Below, one piece after another: positions 40,111 through 51,784 of a stretch of DNA of 64,000 bases (positions are counted from its first letter, which is position 1; the number at the start of each line of letters is the position of its first letter). The notes below the pieces were generated by a model. It saw only the letters and a program-made list of their open reading frames with translations. It was not told where the DNA came from and made no database searches. The stretch comes from Perna viridis (taxonomy: Eukaryota): contig CM074515.1 of NCBI GenBank assembly GCA_037379345.1, positions 39,623,743 to 39,687,742 on the forward strand, read 5' to 3'. The translations under genes were made by a program, and so were the position numbers.

Positions 40111-40871
40111 TATCCACTACTACCATACGTACTGTATTAATTTATAACCTTAGATTTAACGAACGAGGAGGAATCATCTGGTCTGCCAAATCTTAATTTC
40201 ATACAGCCTAGCTGGCCGAGTGGTCAAGGGCGCTGGACTTGGTGCTGGCAGTGTTGCTATAGATGTCACAGCGGTACGAGTTCGAGTCCCGAGGAGGGAA
40301 CGACCAAAAATTTGCAGCGCAAATCATTTCTTTACGTTTACATATCTTTCCTGTATCAAATTGATCCGATGGAGAAGTGTAGCGGATTCGTCACATTCTG
40401 AGACACACACACACACACATATATATATAATCAAGTCTAATTACACCCCAACTCTACAATCGATGCGAGGTTGCAAATTTGCGATTAAATTTGGTCGCTC
40501 CCTCAGCGGGATTCGAATCCCTTCCCTTCTCTGACATCTATGGCAACACCACCTGCACAAAGTTCAACACTCTAGACCACTCGGCCAACTTGGCTATAGA
40601 TAATATATATAGAAAGGTCTGAAAACTTCCGAACGATGTTACAATTGTCAAATTTAGTGGCCGAGTGGTCTAGGGCGCTGGACTTTGTGCAGGCGGTGCT
40701 GCCATAGATGTCACAGCGGTACGAGTTCGCAAATTTGACAGTTCTAACATCGTTGAGAATTTTCAGACCTTTCTATACGTTTACATGTACATTATCTTCC
40801 CTTATCAATTTGATCCGATAGAGCAGTGTAGCGAATAGAACTGTCAAATTTGCGAAGCATAATTTTCGGTC
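40107..40871. repeat. Cluster of tRNA-headed repeat units in alternating orientation
   Basis: Approximately 40107-40404(+), 40455-40600(-), 40609-40655(-), 40656-40838(+), 40836-40871(-). Separated by (CA)n/(TA)n tracts or microhomology junctions. Confidence 0.85.
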
Positions 40872-40890
40872 AACTAATGACCTCCATCAG
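40864..40890 (-). ncRNA. Partial hammerhead-ribozyme-like core
   Basis: CUGAUGGA-GGUCA-uuagu-UGACC-GAAA downstream of the GIY-YIG fragment. Stem III and the cleavage site are missing. Confidence 0.5.
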
Positions 40891-41400
40891 TGCTTTAAAC
40901 AAACTGAGTGTGTATGAAAATAAATGGTCTGTGAGCACAACTCATTACCTAATTACATTAATACATGTAAGGTATTTAAATTGTATTGACAGTAAACAAA
41001 TATTTTGAACATTGTGGTTTGGTAATCTGAAATGTTGACTCACAGGCAGTAAAGGCTTTTTTGTTAGGTCGCTCCTGTGCCCGTTTAAGCTCTTGTGAAA
41101 AAGCTGTTAGGGTTCGCCAACATATTGGAGACCGCAGATGGGACAGTGAAGCAAATATATCAGATTAGCGCTCTTGCAGTGCACGTTACAGAATAACAGA
41201 ATATTTTGTTGCTAGTGAATAATGACGAGTGGTGCATTTGTTTGCAACATTTACACTGTTTGTTACCTCAGGAGCGATTCTTCTCTGGAGTCAAGTTGAG
41301 CTTAAATATTTCAGCCCTTAAAAGCAGACTACGCAAACTGTCTGACTGTCTGAAGCTAATCATAGTTGGTTCGGGAAAGACCTTGGATAGACTTTGATTC
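40864..41400 (-). mobile_element. Penelope-like element 3' fragment: Zn-linker, GIY-YIG endonuclease, 3' UTR
   Basis: KVFPEPTMISFRQSDSLRSLL...NKQCKCCK...CKSANLIYLLHCPICGLQYVGE...NGHRSD...PVSQHF, with stops and frameshifts. Not in the ORF track. Confidence 0.85.
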
Positions 41401-44400
41401 ATACCATATTCATTATATGTATATAATTGGTATGAGTATGAATATGTTTCATTATTTAACTAGCATACAGTGATTACAACACCTTTTTGCAATTTATCAT
41501 GACTACATAATATGGAGTTGCAAGTCATGTGACCAATATTAACACAATTCAGACCACACAAACTGGCAGGCTCACATGCAATTTACAAGTGCATTTGTTG
41601 TATATCTCAAATTGACATGTATATTTTTTCTGTTTCATTGTGAAAAAAGTAATCGTTTTCCGTGAAGATCGGAAAAACCACATCCCCACACGTGCGTAAC
41701 TCGTTGTCAAATTATTCCAAGATCATAGAAGACATCAAACACCTGTGCCTGCAATTAAAAACCGTTAAAATATTGCATAATTATTTATTTCAAGTGCTTG
41801 GAAGCCAAGTATGTAAAATAAATCGCTTTTGATGTATCTACAAAAGACACCCACATGTGAATTTCATAAACGTGGAAAACTCAGACGGACCAGTCTTCAC
41901 TTTTATAAATGATGTATTCCAGGTTTTAGAAGAAGAATATGGTAATAGATGTAACGTATACAGAAAATCAAAAGAGAAAAATGTACATCGTTTTGTTACA
42001 TTGGATATGGCAGCTTCTATTTTCGCAACACTTTTCTTGGTCTCGCACGATGTATTTAATGCACAAAGCTTGGCACTACAGAGCTAAATACGCGAATAGT
42101 AAAATCGGGGCGAAACGACTTCGATACCAAATAGGGATATAAAATTATAAAACTTTTCTATTTTTAAAACTTGAAAAAAAACTTCGATATATTATCATGA
42201 CCTAAAGGTGGCTAATTACTATTACAAAACAAAAAATTCTAAAAAATTCTTTTGAAAAAGTGCAATTATATTTGATCAAATTTCTAATTTCGAAGAAAAT
42301 GTTTGATTTATGGGATTGTTTTATACAATTCCTTAAATATTATGACAAACCTAGAGAAATTGACTCTACCTAATGAGGTTTTTAAAGTACATATCATAAA
42401 CAGATTATTTATTGAAACAAGTTGGCGTGTATTTTATGTTACGGATCTCTGTAACCTTTTCCCTGAAATCTTTTTGTTGACCTCTCCGATGCTAAGACTT
42501 ATATAATCGATTAAATGCGTCCATTTACATTCAATCAACAGAAGTTCTATATCAAGGGATATTTTTTCAGCCTCAACGAGGAATCCATCAAAGTGAACAG
42601 AAATAATGAGAGAATTATGAGTTTGTACGAAGAAAATATTAATCATATCAATGTTCATCACGTACAATGAAATTGATCTGCGATATCATATTCTTAGTGC
42701 TTAAAAACGTAGGAATATTAAAAGACAAAAAGAAAGAATAAGTCAAAAAGGAACAAAAACAACCATACAGACTTTCAAAATGGACGAAAATAACATAAAA
42801 ACCCATAAAACATTGGAAAATGCAATAGACAGATCTCCAGAACATGAGGCAAATTATTATGAAGTAGATATAGGTGCTTAGATAGGTCAATACTATTCAA
42901 TACTCACATTATTCTGCAGACCAATGGCTGTACGTAGAGGATGATATATATTCCATTCTTGGATTATGAATGATAATATTTTTTTAAGAAAAAGCAAGCA
43001 ATTGCGAATTCCATTTTTTTCGAGTTAAAAGACAATTGCAAAAAGAAAAGAAAAGTGTCATTCACGTTATAGTAAAAGCAGTCGTTGACCTTTGATATTT
43101 AAGACATTGAAAAAGTACTACGACAGTAGACCCTATCAAATCGTGAATCTAGTACTGCACGTGAAGCAGCACATGCAAATACACTTCAGAAACTTCAAGA
43201 GCTTATGTATTAATAATCATAAGAAGGAAAATGACTTTAGAATGAAAGGATCATCACCAACCACTATGTAATTACTGTTCTTAAAGTGCAAAATAATCAT
43301 TCAAATGCTCTTAATTCTAATAACGTTTAAGAAAGTTTTGATTACAAACATACGGCAACTGTTGCTAAATGATTTCTCTAGTGATATATTTTTATAGACA
43401 ACTGTTGCTTAAGATATGTAGAAATTCAACAAACATCGCATTCATATACAAAACAGATCTTCAAAGGATTCTCTAAACTCAACGCTGTTTCTATAATTAT
43501 ATGACTATTAGCAGAAACAAATATTTTCCCTATTTATTGTACTTGCAGGAACAATACATACATTGAAGAGCAAAGGGTTATCTTACAAAATATTTGGATC
43601 CTCATTTAATAACAAGACAGCCTACCAAAAAGACATGAAACATATGTCACTCCTGACAGAAACAGAGATTAGTGATTTGATGAACGACATTCTTGTTTCT
43701 GTTTTGTTTTCAGCATTTTCACTATTCATCGTTCTTCTTAAAATTGTTGAAGATAGAGAGATGAGAAAAATCAAATTGAACTAACATTTATCTACTTGCT
43801 AAACCATTATCTTACAAGACGTTTGATATTTGTTGATTGTGGTTTGTTTTTGATTAACAGGTCGTACAAGCTCAAAATGAAAGAAATTATAATTAAAGTT
43901 TCAACTGGACTTTAACAATTGTTCCAATATTCTGACAGCTACTATCATATCAGTTCACAATGACCATAAACCGTCAAATACACCGTACGCGTGCCATCGC
44001 TTATATACGGAGTAACGCCAGTTTCATTTTTTAATTGATTTCTAGGAAGCATCACTCCTCACCCAATCGAGCTCTCTGTGACATTAGTAATTTAAGCCTG
44101 AATGTTAAAAGATCTGCTATTTGTATGAAATTTCTTATCTGACACAGCACACGAATTAGATTATTATTGTTTTATCTTTAGTAATCAAACTATAAATTAT
44201 TGACATAATTCAAGAAGATAAACTAGGCATTCGAGTAGATAACTAGATTTAATTTCAGGGCAACGAACCAACTTACTGCATTATGATAACATAATTATAT
44301 TTTGTAATTAATAGGTCAATTTATAGAGGTAAAGTTGCCACTGGCCAGCACGGTCAAATTGATCATGTGACCTCACTCCTTTCGTTGTTAGAAGGGGCGA

Positions 44401-44584
44401 TTGTAAATAGTTACACGTATTATTTTGAATGTTATTATATTTTGATTGTAAATACGCTGCACAATTTTATATGTTTATCATACAAGTCTATAAGAGGTAA
44501 CATGTTAATTAATGTATGAATATTTTTATGTATACTAGGAATCTTTGTGTATCGCTTAATGCGTGCGAGAAAATTTCTTTTATA

Positions 44585-45559
44585 TATATATATATATATA
44601 TATAAACGTCTCAGAATGTGACGACTCCATTCACCGCCTGCACAAAGTCCAGCGCCCTAGACCACTCGGCCAGCTAGGCTATATAAAAATATAGCTTTCG
44701 CTGGCCGGGTCATTCCTCCTTGTAGGATTAAACTAGGGCTGTATCTTTGTGCAGGCAGTGTTGCCATAGATGTCACAGCGGTACGAGTTCAAGTCCCGCG
44801 GAGGGAACGACCAAAAATTTGTCTAGCAAATTTGAGAGTTAAAACATCGTTGGAAATTTTTCGGACCTTTCTATATATATATTAATATTATATATTAATA
44901 TATATAGTCTCAGAATGTGACGACTCTATTTGCTACACTGCTCCATCGGATCAAATTGATACAGGGAAGATATATAAACGCATAGAAAGGTCTGAAAAAT
45001 TCCCAACGATGTTAGAACTGTCAAATTTGCGATGCAAATTTTTGGTCGTTCCCTCCGCGGGACTCGAACTCGTACTGCTGTGACATCTATGGCAACACCG
45101 CCTGCACAAAGTCCAGCGCCCTAGACCACTCGGCCAGCTAGGCTATATAAAAATGTAGCTTTCGCTGGCCGGGTCATTCCTCCTCGATCCGATGGAGCAG
45201 TGTAGCAAATAGAGTCGTCACATTCTGAGACGTTGTATAACATTGATTTGTTGTGACATGCATCATTAATTTGATCCTCTATCCTACATATTAACATCTA
45301 AATGAACTGTCCCGTACCACCATACATCGTGTACTAAGTTACAGCCCTAGATTAATCCTACGAGGAGGAATGACCCGGCCAGCGAAAGCTATATTTTTAT
45401 ATAGCCTAGCTGGCCGAGTGGTCTAGGGCGCTGGACTTTGTGCAGGAGGTGTTGCCATAGATGTCACAGCAGTACGAGTTCAAGTCCCGCGGAGGGAACG
45501 ACCAAAAATTTGCATCGCAAACTTGACAGTTCTAACATCGTTGGGAATTTTTCAGACCT
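44585..45559. repeat. Cluster of young tRNA-headed ~410-bp units, circularly permuted and inverted, embedded in (TA)n
   Basis: 44585-44745(-), 44745-44872(+), 44907-45186(-), 45187-45559(+). A-box 45411-45421, B-box 45478-45487. Confidence 0.9.
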
Positions 45560-45696
45560 ATATATAAATATTACTCACCTTTTTCTGTGTAATCAACTGC
45601 GATCGAAGAATTTGAATAAAGTAATTATATATATATGTTATATATATATATATATATATGTATTTTACAAATGTGCATTCTAAAAGGCCCTGTTAT

Positions 45697-46523
45697 AGAG
45701 ACGGGCAAAGATTACACAAACGGTCAGTAGCAATCGATTGTAAATCGATTTTTTGAGTAATTTTGTGTAATCGAATTTCAAGTAATTACTCACCTTTTTC
45801 TGTGTAATCGTGTAATCAACTGCGATCGATGAATTTGAATAAAGTAATTATAATTGAATTTCGATTACATGAGTATGTAAACACACACTGCTTTGACTAT
45901 AACACTTTACGTAGAATGAACTTAAGTGTTCTGGGATCAGTAACTAGTAAACAAGCTTACAGGGTTGGCAAAGTATTGACTGCACGGTTTTCCATGTCGG
46001 AAACAAGGGTTTACATGGGTTGGGCAATACTCCCTGTAACGGGTGAACTAGCCAGTACTGATTAATTAATTTTTTTATACATTGTTTTCCTCTCTAGAAT
46101 ACAAGTTGATCACATTGAATATATATAGTCTGTTGTATATTCAATTTATTATTTTAAAATGCAATTGCTTATTAAAATTGAAAGAGACACCCTTAGGTAA
46201 ATGTATAGATGAAAGGGCGAACTGCTGTAAAAATATTAGACATGTTTGTTAGACAATGCCTAGACAGTTCATATTGCCAGTGCTGTAGCTGCTATTTACA
46301 GACTTTAAAGTGTTAAACTTATGTACTCGACTACAGCTCATGTCAAAAAATGACTTAAAAATATAAAAAATAATTGAAATTAAATCGTCATTACGTGTAA
46401 TTTTTTAAGCCGTAATCGATTGTTTTCAATTAAAAGTAATTGAAATTCGTTTTGATAATCGATTACACTCAATCCCTCCACAAACAACAAATAACTGAAA
46501 TCGATTCAATTACTCCATGTCTG
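45697..46523. mobile_element. Probable old hAT-type MITE with GTAATCGATTAC subterminal repeats
   Basis: Ends TAGAGACGGG / CCATGTCTG. Clusters of gtaatc/gattac motifs at both ends. TSD not clear. Confidence 0.45.
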
Positions 46524-46699
46524 CTCTGCCGTTTTCTCTTCGATTTTCATTTCTAATCAATGATTTCTTATTTAAGTGAATAGCGTTAAGCTCTGTGGTA
46601 AGTTGTTAGGATATTGAAGTGCAAAAAGACAACGACAACTACTGATTCTACACGTGCACTCAACTAATTTCCATATAATAACCTATTCATTTGTTTGAT

Positions 46700-46850
46700 G
46701 GTTACCCTACCGGTGCACCTGCTCCATGCTCCCAGTTTTTACTGTAGTGCGATTAGCGCGTTTGCTTTTGTTACTTTGTATGTATTGTTTTAGTTCTTTG
46801 TTGTGTATGTTTGGTATTTTCCCTTGGATTGCTTTCTTTTGATTTCCGCA
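46700..46850 (+). mobile_element. Penelope-like family 3'-UTR fragment (diverged)
   Basis: ttaccctaccggtgcacctg...ccatgctcccagttttt matches 52985 onward and 59500-59560 (rc). Confidence 0.75.
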
Positions 46851-48210
46851 TTTCTGTTTGCTATTGATTTAATGTGACCTGAATCGTTAATTTGATCCCT
46901 AGAAATGGTTAACTGAAATAAATTACGTAAAGGATCAGATTTCAAAATGATATTGTTCACTAGTAGGCCATTGCTTACTTAGAGTGTTCTATCGTTACCA
47001 CTTTTTGCTATCGTCCTAAAGTGTGAAAAATATGTTATTCAAGATTATAAATGTGTAAACTGCAGGACTTCATTTAATTTTAAGCTTGCAAATATCAAGT
47101 TAACTTTTCTGACTATCTGTAATGTGTTTTAGACTACATGTTAGCAGTGTTGATTTCGCAACTTCATGAAATTGTCTTTTGTTACACAAGTTGAAAAGGA
47201 TATCAAATCTTAAAAAAAAAAATTTCTGTACATACATTTATGTATTATTATCTTGCATAGCGCCGACTGTTTTTTTTTCTTTTTCTGTATGCCCATATTT
47301 GTTTATTCGCGTTGTACCAACTAGTTTTTCATTAGAAAAATTAATACAATTTTAGTCAATGCCTTTAAGGGACGGAGCTATCTGTACTTTTACTCAAGTT
47401 ACAGTTTACGTTTTTGAAAATGCACCGTCATGTTGTTATTTTACTGATGTCTTTACCAACGGGAATATACAAGACATTTTATAACATATTATGAGCATCT
47501 GCGGTAAAAATTAAATCACATCCGAACTACATTATCAATTCACTGAGTGATTTTTTTTCAAGAAATGTTAAGACTATGGCAGATTGAAAGGAAATAGATG
47601 ATGACAGGGATAATACAAATGCCATTATGAATTATAATGTAACGAAAATGGTTTCATTCATTCAAACTACCAAGTTAAATAACAAGTTCTCTTTCACGTT
47701 TACTTCAGCACACAGTACTGTTGTAAATTTTATTGTACCCGCTCATAAAACTCGACACAGTTATCTGTCCTGTAGATCAATTGAATTTACTGAGTATTTA
47801 CAAAAAATAGATAGCACCCCGCGACATATATCTCGACTATTTGAAATCGACCTGAATATCGTTTTGGTCTTTTGGCGGGTTTAAGATATACTCTGCAACT
47901 TGGTAGATATTCCTTTCAGAGCCTGGATTAACCCAGGTTAAAAGTCTGTTTGAATTACAGTGGCAACAAGTTAAAACTCTGACATCCATTGTGTTATACA
48001 GAAATAAGACTGAAAGATGTCCTTTCAAGGTTAATATCCGGAGACATAGTAATGGCACAAGGTGTGCAGCATTACGTTTTATACTCACAATATGTTAGTA
48101 GGGGGGAGGGAAACAATACTTGTGACAACACTTGTGTCAAATAGTGGTTTGAAAACTCATTAAAAGTCTTTGACAAAGTCGGGAAAAACGATATGAACTA
48201 AACCCGTTCG

Positions 48211-48281
48211 GAAACGGTCTTCAGTATCAGTAGCACCCCGCACAGAAACGGTCTTCAGTATCAGTAGCACCCCGCACAGAG
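48211..48281. repeat. 34-bp direct duplication
   Basis: gaaacggtcttcagtatcagtagcaccccgcaca occurs twice in tandem. Confidence 0.9.
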
Positions 48282-49451
48282 AAATATACATTTAACTAAT
48301 ATGACGTACCACAAAGGCAAAATAAGAGACAGGAGTTGTAAAGGAATAAATTGTTTGCTGCAGGATCAAAAAGTTTCATCTCACTTAAAAGAAATGCCAA
48401 CGAATTTATTTAAGAACGTACAGCACGTGATTTCTATATACATTTCAACTTTACAAAATTTTGTCATTTGCTTTAGTGGGAAAATAATATCAAACAAAAA
48501 TGCCTGGTCTCTGTTTGCCACGTGCTTGGTATTTATGTTCAAAGAACGAACTAAACTTGCAGTTGAGTCTTGCAGAACGAAATGCAACGTTTGATGTATA
48601 TTTGCTAGATAAATGCATGATTAGAATTGAAACCAGGCATGGTCACTGATAGTCGAGTCCATTATATGGTGACCCTATGTCAGGATGATTAGAAAATAAT
48701 CATATTTACTTTACTTTTTTCAATCGGTAAATTCGCGGAAATTTAAATTGATCATTTGTTTTTTTTACAATGGCCTTGTTATTCACGTCTATAATTTCAT
48801 CTAAAGCAACAGTGTTGATTTTCTATGATTTTCTTTTCAATTGAATTAACGACACAAATGGAAGTCTGTAGTAATACAAAAATAAAATTCTGTTTCAATG
48901 AATTATGTGTGTTACTGAGGTATGTGACTTAACCATCTTTAGATCAGTTTACGTTCAATGAACCACGCATCATGATTAAAAATACTGTTAAACATCTAGT
49001 GCAATACATCTGAATTGAATTAGAGTAAAAGTTTAAGTTATTTAGTGCAGTGATAACCGAATTGTTTTATAGGTTTTTGTCTAATTGGTAAACCTAGAGT
49101 ACCTAATGTTATTGCAACTGCCTATAAATTTCTTAAATTTCTTTAACAATCGTGTTATTATTCAACGTGAGTATTTAACAGAAGAATTATTATATAACGG
49201 AGACAGATTGAGAGCGTCTTGAAATGCCAGTCACTGTTTGTAACATGATTTAACAATTTTTACTAATGTTTAAGGAGTATTACGTAATTCAACTGCACTC
49301 TGATCTGAAATAGGACACTAGAAAAGTTTATAATCGTTCCTTTTGATGATGTTTATCTTATGAAGAGTATTATTTCTACCCTCTATCGTCTTTCTAGAGA
49401 AAATATACCTTTGGTTTGTTCTTTTCAAATTAACTAAAGATTATACAAATT

Positions 49452-49656
49452 ACGCTTATCCTACCGGTGCACCTGGTCCATGCTCACAGTTTTTAATGGA
49501 CTCTGATTTGCCCATTTACTTTTGTTACTTTGTATATATTATTTGGTTATTTTATGTTCTTTTATTGTGTGTGTCTGTTTCCCATGTCCGGTCTTTGTCG
49601 CTGGATTACATTTTTTTTTATTTCTGCTAGAATCTTGCTTCCCTTAATTACTCTTT
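49452..49656 (+). mobile_element. Penelope-like family 3'-UTR fragment
   Basis: acgcttatcctaccggtgcacctggtccatgc...cccttaattactct. Confidence 0.82.
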
Positions 49657-49872
49657 GATTCAGTAAACAGCTCATCTTTCATGTTGATTACAATACTTGA
49701 TATATGTTTCTTTGATTAACATTGCAAAGCGACAAAATGTTTATTGTCAGATTTATTTTTTACAATGCAAGGGTATTAAACAATCGAACAAGAACTGCTT
49801 TATGTTTGACTGACATTCAATGCACTAAACTAAACTAGACGTAATTTGACATGCTAGAAGTAGGTACAGTTC

Positions 49873-49990
49873 TATGATTTTAGTTACTTTATGTTTTTTG
49901 TTGTGTATGTCTGTTTTCCATGTCTGGTCTTTGTCCCTGGATTACATTCTTTTGATTACCGCTATAACCTTGGTTCCCTTAATTACTATT
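49873..49990 (+). mobile_element. Penelope-like family 3'-UTR fragment (short)
   Basis: tatgattttagttactttatg...ggttcccttaattact matches 53041-53158. Confidence 0.8.
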
Positions 49991-50099
49991 TCACTATAAA
50001 CTATGTCATTCCAACAGGATACATTATATTTTTTTGTGAAGCCAACCAGTCGATACTAATACGAGTAACTTTCACTTGTCAGAGAAACCGTCTATGTTA

Positions 50100-50216
50100 G
50101 TAAAAGTACCGGGGTAGAACCCAAAATGTCAGAGAAGCAGTCTTTGTAAAGGTCCCGGGATAGAACCCAAATGTCAGAGAAGCAGTCTTTGTAAAAGTAT
50201 CGGGGTAGAACCCTAA
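50100..50216. repeat. ~45-bp tandem repeat x2.5
   Basis: gtaaaagtaccggggtagaacccaaaatgtcagagaagcagtcttt repeated. Confidence 0.85.
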
Positions 50217-50417
50217 ATATCCAGCGATCGAGGTGATTACGCTACCATCGACGTTGTTAAAGTGATAATGAAGGTTAAAATCTTTTAGTTGTTTTTGCGT
50301 TATATCATTATGACATTATTGTGAATACGTAGAAAAGAAATCGAAAAATTAAGTAGAACTTACTTGATGAATAATAGAGGTGTCATTATATTTCCGCACG
50401 ATGAATACAATAAAGGT

Positions 50418-51180
50418 GTTTGTTATTCCTGTCTATTGTCCAAGTTCATTTATCCAATCTATTATCTAAGTACTTTATTTCTGTCTATTGTCTCAATACT
50501 TTATTCCTGTCTATTGTTGCAGTTCTATTCCTGTCTATTATCCCAGTACTTTGTTCCTATCACTACAAGTACCTTATTCATGTGTATTTTTTCAGTACTT
50601 TATTCCTGTCTATTGTCTAAGTACTTTACTCCCGTCTATTGTTTCAGTTTTTTTTACTGCCTATTGTCTTAGTAATTTATTCCCGTCAGTACATTATTCA
50701 TGTGTATTTTTTTCAGTACTTTATTTTTGTGTATTGTATAAGTGCTTTATTCCTGTCTATTGTCTAAGTATTTTACTTTTGTCTATTGTATCAGTTTTTT
50801 ATTCCTGTCTATTGTCTTAGTTTTTTAATCCCGTCTATTGTCTCAGTACTTTGTTCCTATCATTACCACTACCTTATTCATGTGTATTGTTTCAGTTTTT
50901 TATTACTGCCTATTGTCTAAGAACTTTATTCCCATGTCTATTATCTCAGTACTTAATTCCTGTCTATTGTCTATGTACTTTATTCTCATGTCTATTTTAT
51001 CAGTACTTTGTTACTTTCTATTGTCTAAGTTCTTTAGTCCCGTCTATTTTCTCAATACATTATTCCTGTCAGTACCTTATTCATGTGTATTGTGTCAGTT
51101 CGTTATTCTTCTCCATTGTCTCAGTACTTTATTCCTGTCTATTTTTAAGTACTTTATTCTTGTAAATTGTATCAGTTTTT
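50418..51180. repeat. Degenerate ~26-bp minisatellite
   Basis: Recurrent tcagtactttattcctgtctattgtc. It produces the spurious Cys/Tyr/Leu ORFs at 50364-51185. Confidence 0.88.
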
Positions 51181-51784
51181 CGTAACGTTTTGTTAATAAT
51201 AGTCCTGAACGTGGTAATCTTTGAATTCCCTGTTGAATAGTAGACATGGTATCTTTTGTTGAAAAATAAATTAAATTTGAAATAACTTTTCAAATTATCT
51301 CAATGTTTGCTGATAAACAATTATGATATTCTATTTCCATCATAGTGAAAGCTATTACTAAAAAGACAGGACAGTAGTATATGAACAATAAAAAGGGGAA
51401 TAATGAACTTTCAAAAGTTCAAAAACTAAAACAAGCAGAATGTTTCTGTCGTTTACAATCAATAAATGAAAAGAAATCAACATAATTGTACGTGGATTGC
51501 TACGTGTACAATGCATCTAAAAAGGTGTCACAATTTCTCTCATAGTGACGGTAGTTACAGCATAATGATGGACTAAGAGATTATTACCAACTTAATATGA
51601 AAAATTACTCGAGGCAATTACCCCAGATGAAAAGAAGAGTGGTCATTAAGATCTATATGAAAAAAAATCAGAAATCATGATTCAAGTTTTATTTAAAAAG
51701 TATTTCTAAAAGCAATGTTTCATGCATTCATATTTTTTGAATGTGTTTAAGTGAATGTGTTAAATAAATTCAATTACATGAACA

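Noticed and set aside
39190-41400. Single element with N-terminal GIY-YIG upstream of RT on the minus strand
   Set aside because: The GIY-YIG fragment is preceded by a thumb/Zn linker and followed by a 3' UTR with a hammerhead-like core, so it is the C-terminal end of a different Penelope family.
38657-43780. Further plus-strand exons (38657-38715, 41857-41941, 43549 onward) for the STMND1-like gene
   Set aside because: Exon-like splice signals exist, but phases do not fit the phase-0 donor at 36142, nearby frames contain stops, and there is no recognisable homology.
45186-45231. Hammerhead ribozyme in the unit (CCGAUGGA-GC..GC-GAAUAGAGUC)
   Set aside because: It resembles the core and has a GUC triplet, but deviates at conserved positions (CUGANGA, GAAA) and lacks a stem III. 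Not callable without testing.
45404-45497. Functional tRNA gene (Leu/Ser-like D-arm GCCGAGTGGTCTAGGGC)
   Set aside because: The acceptor stem does not pair, the T-stem has mismatches and there is no proper anticodon arm. It is a tRNA-derived repeat head.
50364-51185. Overlapping Cys/Tyr/Leu-rich ORFs
   Set aside because: Products of a degenerate minisatellite.
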